Source: Octopus sinensis
Lineage: Eukaryota
Direction of reading: 5' to 3'
NCBI RefSeq assembly: GCF_006345805.1
Contig: NC_043002.1
Span: forward strand, 90,334,001 to 90,398,000
DNA length: 64,000 nucleotides
Shown piece by piece: positions 49,556 through 61,533 of this stretch. Below the pieces are notes generated by a model. That model ran no database searches. It saw only the letters and a list, made by a program, of their open reading frames with translations, and was not told where the DNA came from. Positions within the stretch are counted from its first letter, which is position 1. Each line of letters opens with the position of its first letter. The position numbers and the translations under genes are program-made.

Positions 49556-50654
49556 ACAATATGTAAACCTGGCAATGCTGCCACACCATGAATATTAATT
49601 CTCTTCTTTCTCTTTTATAAAGTATTTGACTTCTGATATAGACATGAATTCATTTTCAAACTCATCTTTTGTTGTAGAAGCCAGCTGCATTGTAGAAGCC
49701 AATTGCATTTCTAGATAATATAGAGATTGTAGTGAAGGAGAGAGAAAGAGAAAGGCAGTGGAGAAGGACAAGAAGAGTGATTGTAGTGGAGGAAAAGAGA
49801 AAGAAGTAGTGTTTGCATTGAGAAAGGGAATAGTATTTCTTTTATATTCAAGTATCTTTGCTATTATTTCTATCTATTTAGCAAGTTATTATATTGAGCA
49901 TACAGTGGAGTACAACATCAGTGGTGATCACAGCTGTAATGAAGATAGTAAGGAAATCTCAGATGTATTCTTTCAGAGGAGACCTATTATGAAGTATGAC
50001 AGCAAACAAATGTGTAAATTATGAATTAAGAGGTCAAATTTAGTTTCAGAAGTGTTCCAAGCATATTAATCTAAATTTCAGATCATTACAATAATCATGG
50101 ATGGAAGATAACAAATTGTCCCATCATTTCAATAATATCTCATCAGTAATTATAATACAGTTTTGTTTGTTTGGTCCATTTTCCTGGTTGTCTGTAATCA
50201 GAACCGATTAATTACAGATCTCGTAGACTGTGGGTTGGACAGAATATTTGATCATATGAAGTATTTTAAAATTAAACACTGTGTTGATTATCTAAATAAA
50301 AAACAAAATGTTAAAAAAAAAATGTTGATTTTGGGAACAACATTTAAAACTTGATGTAGACTTTGCACAAGAGGGAACAGTAATAACCCTGTTTCATCCT
50401 AAAAGTTAAATTAATGTATATGACATGAAAAAATTTTCCAGTAAAGCAGCAAAGATGTTTCCTCATAAAAATCATATTTGTCACTCATATTGCAAAATTA
50501 ATTGTACATTAATTATTACAATTACCACATGTAGTTCTGTGTATAATGTATATACAGAATATAATTAGAAAGAATCTAGTTATATGTTACAGTGTTCCAC
50601 AATCCTCTCTGTAACTGCGCTAAGTTACATTAAGCCACGATGCACTCTGATTAG

Positions 50655-51055
50655 CTCTCTTACTCTTTTACTCTTTTACTTGTTTCAGTCATTTGACTGC
50701 GGCCATGCTGGAGCACCGCCTTTAGTCGAGCAAATCGACCCCAGGACTTATTCTTTGTAAGCCTAGTACTTATTCTATCGGTCTCTTTGCCGAACCGCTA
50801 AGTTACGGGGACGTAAACACACCAGCATCGGTTGTCAAGTGATGTTGGGGGGGACAAACACACACATATAAATATACATATACATATATACGACGGGCTT
50901 CTTTCAGTTTCTGTCTATCAAATCCACTCACAAGGCTTTGGTCGGCCCGAGGCTATAGTAGAAGACACTTGCCCAAAGTACCACGCAGTGGGATTGAACC
51001 CGGAACCATGTGGTTGGTAAGCAAGCTACTTACCACACAGCCACTCCTGCGCCTA
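50655..51055 (-). mobile_element. SINE family A, young full-length copy
   Basis: Near-consensus, head ends ...CACTCCTGCGCCT. Confidence 0.92.
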
Positions 51056-51781
51056 GCTAGTCATAATTCTGAGATACTACCATGATCATATTCGAATTAC
51101 ACTACTTTCTGTGATCTTCCTTCCTCTTCTGAATTATCAGACTGGTTATGGACTTCTCCTCAAGTGTTCATAAAATTTGTAATAAATAAAAATAAAATAA
51201 TAATTCTGTCATTGTCCTTTCAACATGTATCTGACTCACTTTCAACTGCTTCATCTTATTGGGTTGAACACCTTACTAGAATGGTAGATAACAAGTTACC
51301 GAAGCAGTTTTAAGGGGAGCTGCAGTATGGTAAATGTCCTAGACCAGGGGTTCTTGACCAATTATTAGCTATGGATCCCTTTGATTTCTATTTTATGTAC
51401 AACATATACTTGCATATATTTTACTATTCTCACACAAGCTCACATATTAGCATATACTGGGTTCCTAGAAAGTTTTGACCATTTTTTGGTTAAAATTAAT
51501 AACCAATCATTATTCATTTATCTACCATTCAGTTTCACTTAATAATAACCTTAACAAAAGTGCATTGATCACAAGTGGCAATAATTTGAATAATTTAGAA
51601 ACTAAATTACAAATAACTAAAAATATCACGTTTATTGGTCTGTCAATTCTCTAATTGTATTACTAACAATGTTATAATGGTAAGAAAACTAATTCAATAA
51701 CTTGACCTTTATTCAAGCTTTTATTCCACAGATTGATTAATATTTTCACCAAAATTGAATGTTTTTGAATACCCTATGTGC

Positions 51782-51848
<67 letters not shown>

Positions 51849-52384
51849 GATCATCATCATCATTTTAACATCCACTTTTCCATACTTTGATGGTTTGGAT
51901 AGAGTTTATTGAGGTAGATTTTCTACAGCTGCAAGCCCTTCCTGCTGCAAGCCCTCAAGTATTCCCAAGCAAGGTAATATTTCCCCATGGCCAGACATCT
52001 TCTCACACTATTTTGGAAATGAATGACACAATGTTTGTATGACAGTGAAAATAATTTACAACAGTTGTGTTATGATGAGACAAGGAGACACAAACACACA
52101 CACACACACACACACACAAAAGCCCATATATGTGCATGCATGCATATGTGTGTGTGTGTGAACACACATATATTCTATGGGCTTCTTTTAGTTTCCATTT
52201 GCCAATTCCAATCACAAAGTTTTGTTTGGCCTATGGCTATAGTAAAAGACACTTGCAGTGGGACTGAACCCAGAACCATGCAGTTTGGAAACAAACTTCT
52301 TACCACACAGCTTCACCCACACCTACACAGACAGAAATATACATGTGTACATGTGTATGTAACTTGTTTATTGTGAAATAAGGG

Positions 52385-52650
52385 AAAGCTGCCTTCGATC
52401 ACAAATGATCATAGGATTGCACCTAGAAAGATCCCCTCTGAGGCACAAGTCCAGGCAAGGTTGTTTTTTGGAAGACCAGCAGTCACCCATGCATACCAGC
52501 CTCCCCTTTCCACACTAAGAGAAAGGCAAAGACCAGTACAGCTTGGCACCAGTGACATCACAACTCATTTCTATAGCTAAGAGAAACTGGAGCAACCTGA
52601 AATAAAGTGTCTTGCTCAAGAACACAACACACACAGCCCAGTTTGCAAAT
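52385..52650 (-). mobile_element. tRNA-derived SINE family E, diverged
   Basis: Antisense of the TTGAGCAAGACACTTTATTTC..CTCCAGTT and GCAATCC.ATGATCATT blocks seen at 62088-62420. Confidence 0.7.
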
Positions 52651-53352
52651 CGAACCTACTTCGATTACTGTGAGATAATTACAGAGACATCTACAGAGAT
52701 AAATATATATTTTTATAGATAATAGGCAATGCTGTAGAGATCTTAGTTATAGCAGAATTTCTGGGTGGAAACATAGATTTTAATCCTGTTGGTGGAAGGC
52801 TAATATATATGTTTTCCTTGGATGACTGCTTTCCTTTTGTCCTGTTGTTATCATTATTTATTAATGAAATAAATTAAACAATGAAATCTCAGTAATGTAG
52901 GATTTACTCCCAATCCCATCAGTCACACCATGTAAATTTCTTTTGGATGAAAATCAATTTTAGAAGTGATTAGCGTTGCTTTATCCTGTTAACTCTAAGA
53001 CATCTTCTTCACTCTGTGTCCATAAACAATCCATGTTTTCATCATCCATCACTGTCCATTTTAAAAATACTTTTTGTTGTGTTTCATAAAGCATGTCAGA
53101 AATAATGGGGAAGTAATACATTCAGTTTTTCTCAGATACATTCTGTATGGAAGCCACAAAGCATAACAATTCATGGAATAAAAGAGAGAAATTTCATTTA
53201 AAATAGAGGGTGATATTTTGTTTCTGTTTGAGTATCTTCTCCAGATCCCATGAGGATGCGTGTAGATTTATTGTCTGTTACTGTTGTTTAGGCCCTCATT
53301 GAGCAGACTTATAATCAAAGAGGTTCTAATTGTAATCCTACTTTAACATAAA

Positions 53353-53852
53353 CTAGCAGTATCGCCCGGCGTTGCTCGGGTTTGTAAGGAAAATAACTAT
53401 ATAAGCATTTTTAGAGAGTTATAGCCAAAATATAGCAAAAAAATGCATTAAAAATGGAAAAAAAATGATGGTAAAGTTATTTAAAAATCGTTGACTCATC
53501 GTAGACATTTTTAGATAGTTACTTTCCTTATATAATAGCGAAAAAAATGCATTAAAATGGGAAAAAATGATGGTAAATTTTTTTTTAAATCGTAGACTCA
53601 TCGTAGACATTTTTAGAGAGTTATTTTCCTTATATAATAGCGAAAAAAATGCATTAAAATGGAAAAAATGATGGTAAATTTTTTTTTAAATCGTAGACTC
53701 ATCGTAGATGCACGCTAATACCCAGAAGGGCTCGATATGAATCACGACTATAAGATACCCGGTTTTGGTTAAACTGCACCACAAAATGTGGGAGTAGTTA
53801 GGAATCTAAATCGGAGTAGACAGACACACAACTTCTCTTTTATATATAAAGA
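53353..53852 (-). mobile_element. Non-autonomous Helitron with three internal about 100-bp subrepeats
   Basis: Same TC/hairpin/CTAG termini as 25221-25726; repeated AAAATGCATTAAAATGG...TCGTAGACTCATCGTAGA. Confidence 0.85.
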
Positions 53853-55262
53853 TATAGTAGAGTAATTGTGTCAGCATTATCTGGTGTATATTATGGTATC
53901 AGGCAACATGGTTAGCAGCATCTCATCCATCTTTACGTTTTGAGTTCAAATTTGACCAAGGCTGACTTTGCTTTCATCCTTCTGGGGTCAATAAAATTAG
54001 TATCAGTTGAATCCTGAGGTTGATGCAATTGACTTATCCCTATCTCGAAATCGCTGGCCTTGTGCCAAAATTTGAAATCAGTATCTAATGTATATTTCTA
54101 TTGCTAAGATGTCTGAGTATGATTTGAAGAAGACTTGACTACAGTTTCTTGAGAAGGTCTCTCCATGATTCGTCTCTTTTGAACATCATTGGTAGTGAAA
54201 ATTCTACAGAAGAGATTCTAAAGACTTTAACCCTTTAGAGTTCAGGTTATTCTGTTAAATGTAATGCTTATTTATTTACATTGTTTTGAATTAATCATGA
54301 ATTATCTTGTAGCTTTAAGATTCTGATGACGTAGTTTATTTTTAGAATGACATTGTAGGGTAGGTGTGAGGGGCCAGATTTCGCCAGCTTTAACACAAAG
54401 CAGGAAGAATATTTTGGCTGAATATGGCCGATTTAATTGCTTAAGGGTGAAGGTTGGAATATCCAGCTTTAAACTAGTAAAATGTATTTTCAACTAAAAT
54501 CCAGATCACTATGGCACGCGCGTGCATACACACACACACACACACACACACATACATGTAGGTTGCTGTGACATCTGGTTTGTGTTGCTAGTCCATGGAT
54601 TTACTCCAGGAAGCTCAGTCTACTTTGGTAGACAAACAGCCACTGCAGCAGTAGAGGTCTACATGAGAGTTGTGGTCCCAGCTGTAATGTCTGAATTCTA
54701 AGCCACTTTGTGCTACTGTTGTACAGGAGGGAGAGCTCAGTTGTTGGTCTTGTTTTTACTAGCATGCATCTCATCAGCAGCAAGCTTCAGCTTTTCTTTT
54801 TCACCTTCCACAAGAGGTGGTCCTCTCATCATGTCACATTCATGTTCAGTGACTTCATATCTCTTGCAGACATTTTTGATACAAAGGCAACGATCATCCT
54901 TACATACAGTTTACATGGTTCTCAATAAACTCATTACACGCAGTGCAAAATAAGCACATACTTAGGCATCAAGGGATGCAGTGGTGGAGACACACACCAC
55001 AGAAATGGTAAAAGGTTTACTGCACAAAAGAAATTACTTTAAACTTGATAAAATGATATTCAAAGTGGTTTATATGGTTGGAAATATAATTTTGAAGTGC
55101 TCATGGTGTCATAGGGAGGATCTGATCAAAGACTGCAATTAAAAATGTAGGAGAAAACTTTTCAAATATAAATGAAGTGAAAGTATACAAAAATAGACAT
55201 TATTTTACATCTTACTGCTTCATTTGGAACAATAAAAAAACTATTTTATGGTTTATAATCTA

Positions 55263-55656
55263 CTAGCAGTATCGCCCGGCATTGCTCAGGTTTGTAAGGG
55301 AAATAACTATATAAGCATTTTTAGAGATGTAAAGTATAATAGCCATCTCAATATGGCAAACCACAAAGGGGGTGGTGTTACTGTAACTTTTTACGTTCTG
55401 AGATTTAATAATAAATTTTTAGAGAGTTACTTCCCTAATATATGCCAAAAAAGCATTAAAAATGGGGAAAACTGATGGTAAATTTTTTTTTAAATCATAG
55501 ACTCATCGTAGACGCGCGCTAATACCCAGAAGGGCTCGATATGAATCACGACTATAAGATACCCAGTTTTGGTTAAACTGCACTGCAAAATGTGGGAGTA
55601 GTTAGGAATCTAAATCGTAGGAGACAGACACACAACCTCTCTTTTATATATAAAGA
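55263..55656 (-). mobile_element. Non-autonomous Helitron
   Basis: A|TC...CTAG|T termini and 3' hairpin as above; different internal module. Confidence 0.85.
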
Positions 55657-56814
55657 TATCTATAAAACAGTCCTTGGACAAAAATTGTATGCACATTTTG
55701 CTTTGATGGTTAATGGTGGCCAAACCAAGGCTAGAATCGAGCTGAAAATTGGCAGGGATACTAAATGCATAGTGAGGATGAGACCTGCGATGGTTAAAAT
55801 TTGCAAGTTATAAAGAAGTGGTTGCTATGGCAAAAATAGTGATTTTTTATCGATTCAATGGGGCCCAGAGCCCCTGTAGGTTTGTGCAATTGGCTTTTAA
55901 TGTCCAGCGGCATGCACTGCAGGCTGTTGTGCTTAATAAATATATATTTTGTTGTGAAATTCCGGCTAGTAGAAAACGATTTTTCATTGTGAAAAAACGA
56001 GTGCTTTTTTCTCTCATTTTCTTTTTAATTTTTAATAAAATTTTCGTCTTTTTTTAAATTCTTCATCTTTAAAATGTGGCTCAAGTAGATCCGAATGAAA
56101 TTGGGTTATAATACTAGTTGTTTATATTTTGAATTACATATTTTGAATCTTTAAAGTGCTTGAGGGCATTTAAAAGTCTAAATCCAGGCCTGATTACATG
56201 GCATCTAATATACAATTTGCATGGTTCTGTACACTTGATGTATTGTTTACATGGCTCCATGATGTCTCAGTGAGACAACATTTGTTGTAACAAGTTGAAG
56301 ATGGTGGTTGTTTGGGCCTGGGCCAAGATCTCGCCATTGGCTTCACATGCATCTTCTCCTGCCAACACACACTCACACAGATGTACACATAAGGCACACA
56401 TCCAGCTCTCTATCAATTCTCATCTATAATATACCAGCTTCTATAAATCTCTCTTACTCTCTCTCTTCACACACACAGACACATTCTTTTATTCTTTTAC
56501 TTGTTTCAGTCATTTGAGTGTGGCCATGCTGAAGCACCACTTTAAAGAGCTTTTAGTCTAGTAGTAAGGCTGTTGCACTCATGGTCACTAGATTTCCGTC
56601 TACCAAATCCACTCAGCCCGAGGCTATAGTAGAAGACACTTGCCCAAGGTGCCACACAGTGGGACTGAACCCAGAACCATGTGGCTGGTAAGCAAGCTAC
56701 TTACCACACAGCCACTCCTCTGCCTATAAACTTTTTATACTGAATTGTTGTATCATATATTGCTGCTTTTTGCGTAACTATTGGATTTAAATTTTGGCAC
56801 GAAGCTAGCAATAA

Positions 56815-57205
56815 TAGTAAGTAGCTTGCTAACCAACCACATGGTTCCGGGTTCAGTCCCACTGCGTGGAATCTTGGCCAAGTGTCTTCTGCTATAGCCT
56901 CGGGCTGACCAATGCCTTGTGAGTGGATTTGGTAGGCGGAAACTGAAAGAAGCCTGTCGTATATATGTATATATATATATATATATGTGTGTGTTTGTGT
57001 GTCCGTGTTTGTCCCTCCAACATCGCTTGACAACCGATGCTGGTGTGTTTACGTCCCCGTCACTAGCGGTTCGGCAAAAGAGACCGATAGAATAAGTACT
57101 GGGCTTACAAAGAATAAGTCCCGGGGTCGATTTGCTCGACTAAAGGCGGTGCTCCAGCATGGCCGCAGTCAAATGACTGAAACAAGTAAAAGTGTAAAAG
57201 AGAGT
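56815..57205 (+). mobile_element. SINE family A, young copy (5' tip missing); deleted minus-strand copy at 56480-56720
   Basis: Near-consensus from GTAAGTAGCTTGCTAACC to tail. Confidence 0.88.
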
Positions 57206-57269
57206 AAGAGTAATGCAGAAGCTAACATTGAATCATCTCTTTTACCACCTGTAATTTAGTATACTAAAC

Positions 57270-57690
57270 TATATACTACTACTGCACGAGCATCTGTACA
57301 TAAATAGTATTGCTGCACCAGTAATTGTGCATATATAGTTATGATGCACCAGTAATTGTACATATATAGTAATATTGCAGCAGTAAATGTGCATACTAAC
57401 CTATATAAAGTTGTTGCACCTGTAAATGTGCACATATAATACTGGTGCACCAGTACTCGTCCATGCTGAACTATGCAGTGTTGCTGCACCACTTATTGTG
57501 CAGCAGGAATTGTACATATAAACTATATCATGCTGCTGCATCAGAAATCATGCAAGCTGCAGTGTAGTGTTAGTGCACCAGTAATTGTGCATACTAAAGT
57601 ATATAGTGTTGCTGCATCAGTAAAAATGCATATATAACTCTGCTGCACCAGTTATTGTGTATACTAAAGTGTGCAGTACTGCTACATCAA
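57270..57690. repeat. Degenerate minisatellite with a TGCAC-N8-GTGCA core, about 12 units
   Basis: TGCACCAGTAATTGTGCA exact at 57314 and 57574, variants in between. Confidence 0.8.
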
Positions 57691-58900
57691 TAATTCAACT
57701 TCACGTTATTGCTTATCACCAGTCATACAATCTGCTAAAGTTTCCTATATTCCAGATTGCCATCTTCTTAACTGCTTTTGATTGCATTCCATTCATAAGT
57801 TGTCCACTTAACATTGTAGTGCCATAATATAACGATGGGTAGAATGGTGCTTTGGGATGAGTGGTAATACTGCTGTGGCTGCTGCTTCTTCTTGCTTCAC
57901 AGAACTGAAGCCAAATGGAGGCAGTGTCATTTATTATTCAGTCTCAATCGGAGTTCAACTGTTTTTGTTTTCTGTCAATGCTAAACTAATGAGTTTTGAT
58001 TTGTCTAGCCCCACTGGATATAACAAGATAAAAGACACTACTAATGGACAGTAATTTCTGTTCTGTAGTTCTTCAGGGACGAAGGTTCATTGCTATATCT
58101 TATTTATCTATTGTTTTTTTTTTAATCATTCATGAGAGGACAAGGCTATTTTTCTGTCAATAAACGTTCTATCTCTTGTTAGAGTTTACAGTTCTGTGTT
58201 GCTGTCATATGTTTATAGATCTTGACTAGCTACTCATAGAACTGAGCACTGAACTTTAATTTTTAAAGAAGTTGTGACACAGTGCCACATTGCTGTTTCT
58301 GTTGTCAGTGAACAGTGAATGAAATAAAACAAGAAATTCATCATAATTTTATGTCCACTTTTCCATGCTTACATGGGTCAAATGGAAATATGTTGAGACA
58401 GATTTTCTATGGCCAAATGTCCTTTGTATATTAAAGAAGGCTATTCCAATGACATTTTGTTCTCCTTTATATTATACTTAACTCTTTAAAAATAAAGGAA
58501 CAGTCTAGATAATGTAATCTTAGATACTATAGGCATGAAAAAACAAGACTGGATAGTCACAACTAGAATGCATATGATCATAGATCTGCTTGATAAGACC
58601 TGACCTGTGGTTATACAGCAACAAGATTAAATCAGATCATTTTACAATAGATACAGATCTCCTGTTTTTTCACCAAATTAAATTTTGTTGAAATCCACAC
58701 AAGTAATTTTTTGACAAAGAATCATTTTTTTTAAAAATAGCAAACAGCAGGTTAAAAACTAAATAGAATTTTAGCTCGCCTTAACATACACTGAAAATTT
58801 CTATTAAGCTAAAGATTCCAAACAATGGGTTAAATATGACTCCCGGGATGTAAACATTTACATGATAGAGGCTATATATATATATATATATATATATATA

Positions 58901-59776
58901 CTCTTTACTCTTTTACTTGTTTCAGTTAGTTGACTGCGGCCATGCTGGAGCACCGCCTTTAGTTGAGCAAATCGACCCCGGGACTTATTCTTTGTAAGCC
59001 CAGTACTTATTCTATCAGTCTCTTTTGCCGAACCGCTAAGTGACGGGGACGTAAACACACCAGCATCGGTTGTCAAGCAATGCTAGGGGGACAAACACAG
59101 ACACACAAACATACACGCACACATATATATATATACATACATACATACATACGATGGGCTTCTTTCAGTTTCCGTTTACCAAATCCACTCAGAAGGCTTT
59201 GGTTGGCCCGAGGCTATAGTAGAAGACACTTGCCCAAGGTGCCACGCAGTGGGACTGAACCCGGAACCATGTGGTTGGTAAACAAGCTACTTACCACACA
59301 GCCACTCCTGCATGGCCACTCCTGATATATATATATATATATATATATATACTCTTTACTCTTTTACTTGTTTCAGTTAGTTGACTGCGGCCATGCTGGA
59401 GCACCGCCTTTAGTTGAGCAAATCGACCCCGGGACTTATTCTTTGTAAGCCCAGTACTTATTCTATCAGTCTCTTTTGCCGAACCGCTAAGTGACGGGGA
59501 CGTAAACACACCAGCATCGGTTGTCAAGCAATGCTAGGGGGACAAACACAGACACACAAACATACACGCACACATATATATATATACATACATACATACA
59601 TACGATGGGCTTCTTTCAGTTTCCGTTTACCAAATCCACTCAGAAGGCTTTGGTTGGCCTGAGGCTATAGTAGAAGACACTTGCCCAAGGTGCCACGCAG
59701 TGGGACTGAACCCGGAACCATGTGGTTGGTAAACAAGCTACTTACCACACAGCCACTCCTGCATGGCCACTCCTGA
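58901..59776 (-). mobile_element. Tandem pair of near-identical family A SINEs (period 451 bp) in (TA)n
   Basis: CTCTTTACTCTTTTACTTG at 58901 and 59352; shared private variants. Confidence 0.92.
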
Positions 59777-59959
59777 TATATATATATATATATATCATAT
59801 CTGAAAATTAAGTATTTATTTATTACTATTTATTATTTACTAATTCCATGATGTAAAATCTTAATAATAAATTCATTCTATCTTCTTTTTCCTATTGGCT
59901 ACTTGTATTTTTTTTTTTTTTACAAGAAAGTAGGTGGGGCTTGGTGAAAAAGATGGCAG

Positions 59960-60196
59960 CACATCTCTTTCGTTCACCATACATTACATTCTTTCACACA
60001 TGCCCATTGCTCATCTCTCAATCACTCCTTCCATTCCTCAATTCCCACTGCACTATGCTTCCAGTGTGACTGAGGATGGCAGTAGACATCTTCTGTTTAT
60101 CATACACTGCTTCCAGTGTAACTAAAGTTGCTTCTGAACCCATTCTAACCTTATCCTTCACATACTTTCATGCTAATGACCTATAAATGACCCACC
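59960..60196 (-). mobile_element. Old RTE-like LINE remnant hosting the B1/Tx1 composite (probably continues beyond 61542)
   Basis: Minus strand ...VQWELRNGRSD*EMSNGHV*KNVMYGERKR, loosely similar to RTE LRW.GHV.RM...K.ILYGEL. Confidence 0.4.
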
Positions 60197-60204
60197 TGCT
60201 TTCC

Positions 60205-60753
60205 TATTTCTTTATTGCCCACAAGGGGCTAAACATAGAGGGGACAAACAAGGGCAGACAAAGGGATTGAGTCGATTACACGACCACAGTTCATAACTGG
60301 TACTTAAATTATTGACCCCGAAAGGATGAAAGGCAAAGTCGACCTTGGCGGAATTTGAACTCAGAACATAACGGCAGACGAAATACCTATTTCTTTATTG
60401 CCCACAAGGGGCTAAACATAGAGGGGACAAACAAGGGCAGACAAAGGGATTAAGTCGATTACACGACCACAGTTCATAACTGGTACTTAAATTATTGACC
60501 CCAGAAAGATGAAAGGCAAAGTCGACCTTGGCGGAATTTGAACTCAGAACATAACGGCAGACGAAATACCTATTTCTTTATTGCCCACAAGGGGCTAAAC
60601 ATAGAGGCGACAAACAAGGGCAGACAAAGGGATTAAGTCGATTACACGACCACAGTTCATAACTGGTACTTAAATTATTGACCCCGAAAGGATGAAAGGC
60701 AAAGTCGACCTTGGCGGAATTTGAACTCAGAACATAACGGCAGACGAAATACC
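60205..60753 (-). repeat. Three head-to-tail, head-less 183-bp family B1 SINE units
   Basis: Unit starts at 60205, 60388, 60571; each runs (minus strand) GGTATTTCGTCTGC...GGGCAATAAAGAAATA with 1-3 differences. Confidence 0.93.
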
Positions 60754-61472
60754 AATTTCTTTATTGCCCACCGGGGGCCAAACATAGATATGGACAGTAC
60801 AACTGATGGGATCAGTGAATCGATATGATTTTACATAAATGTGACATCAAAAATAAAATACAATACATAAAAATCGAATGGAATACACAGTACAAAAACA
60901 ATACAAATGAAGCGATGATCAAGTTACGCTCCGATCCCACAAGCCCCGATCTACCGCTGATACCTTTTTATTTTTCCTTTTTTTTTTTTTTTTTTTTCCT
61001 CGTCTATTCACACGGTTCCTTGCACGCACAACACTCGTGCAACATACTTCCATCTCTTTTGGAACGTACACTCTGACAGACACCTCTTCTCCAGCCACAG
61101 TTTCCTTTTCAAATGAAAAGAAAAAAAGGATCGTAAATTGTCACCAGAGATAAAGTTGCCTGTCTTAATTCCTTTTATCCTAGTATTCCATACAGCCTCT
61201 TTTGCTATTGCTACAACCGTGAGAAAACAATTCTTACCTTCGTTCGTTAGAACTCCCGGTGGGTCAATTTTTATAATTGACTCAGTCGACAGCCGTACTC
61301 TTCCTTCGCCGGACAACAGATGTTCAGCATAAGCCCACATTTCAGTTATCTCCGGACACTGAACAATAGCGTGAGGGACGGTTTCCCTGTCCCCACCGCA
61401 TCTTGGACAGGTCGGCGACTGACGTTTACCATGTCTTGCGAGCTTATCCCAAACAGGCAAGGCACCTCTGTA
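60754..61472 (-). mobile_element. 5'-truncated Tx1/L1-clade LINE: ORF2 C-terminal zf-RVT-like domain (61008-61472) plus 3' UTR
   Basis: CYRGALPVWDKLARHG...CPRCGGDRETVPHAIVQCP (CxxC-x6-H-x4-C) ...WNTR...; flanked by the 14-bp TSD GCAGACGAAATACC at 60740-60753 and 61473-61486. Confidence 0.88.
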
Positions 61473-61533
61473 GCAGACGAAATACCACTAAGCATTTCAC
61501 CTGGTGCACTAACGTTTCTACCAGCTTGCCGCC
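61473..61533 (-). mobile_element. Displaced 5' tRNA-like head of the family B SINE
   Basis: Minus strand GGCGGCAAGCTGGTAGAAACGTTAGTGCACCAGGTGAAATGCTTAGTGGTATTTCGTCTGC; outer TSD TGCTTTCC at 60197-60204 and 61534-61541. Confidence 0.88.

Noticed and set aside
55669-55700. Tc1-like TIR CAGTCCTTGGACAAAAATTGTATGCAC
   Set aside because: No matching second TIR or transposase found; too little to call an element.
60205-60753. CRISPR-like interpretation of the 183-bp, 67-bp, 43-bp or TGCAC arrays
   Set aside because: No unique spacers of uniform length, no cas genes, and a eukaryotic context; the units are whole tandem copies or degenerate minisatellites.
60978-60998. Poly(A) (minus strand) as the true 3' end of the Tx1-like LINE
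   Set aside because: Sequence continues about 220 bp to the SINE-shared tail and the TSD at 60740-60753, so the A-run is internal to the 3' UTR.
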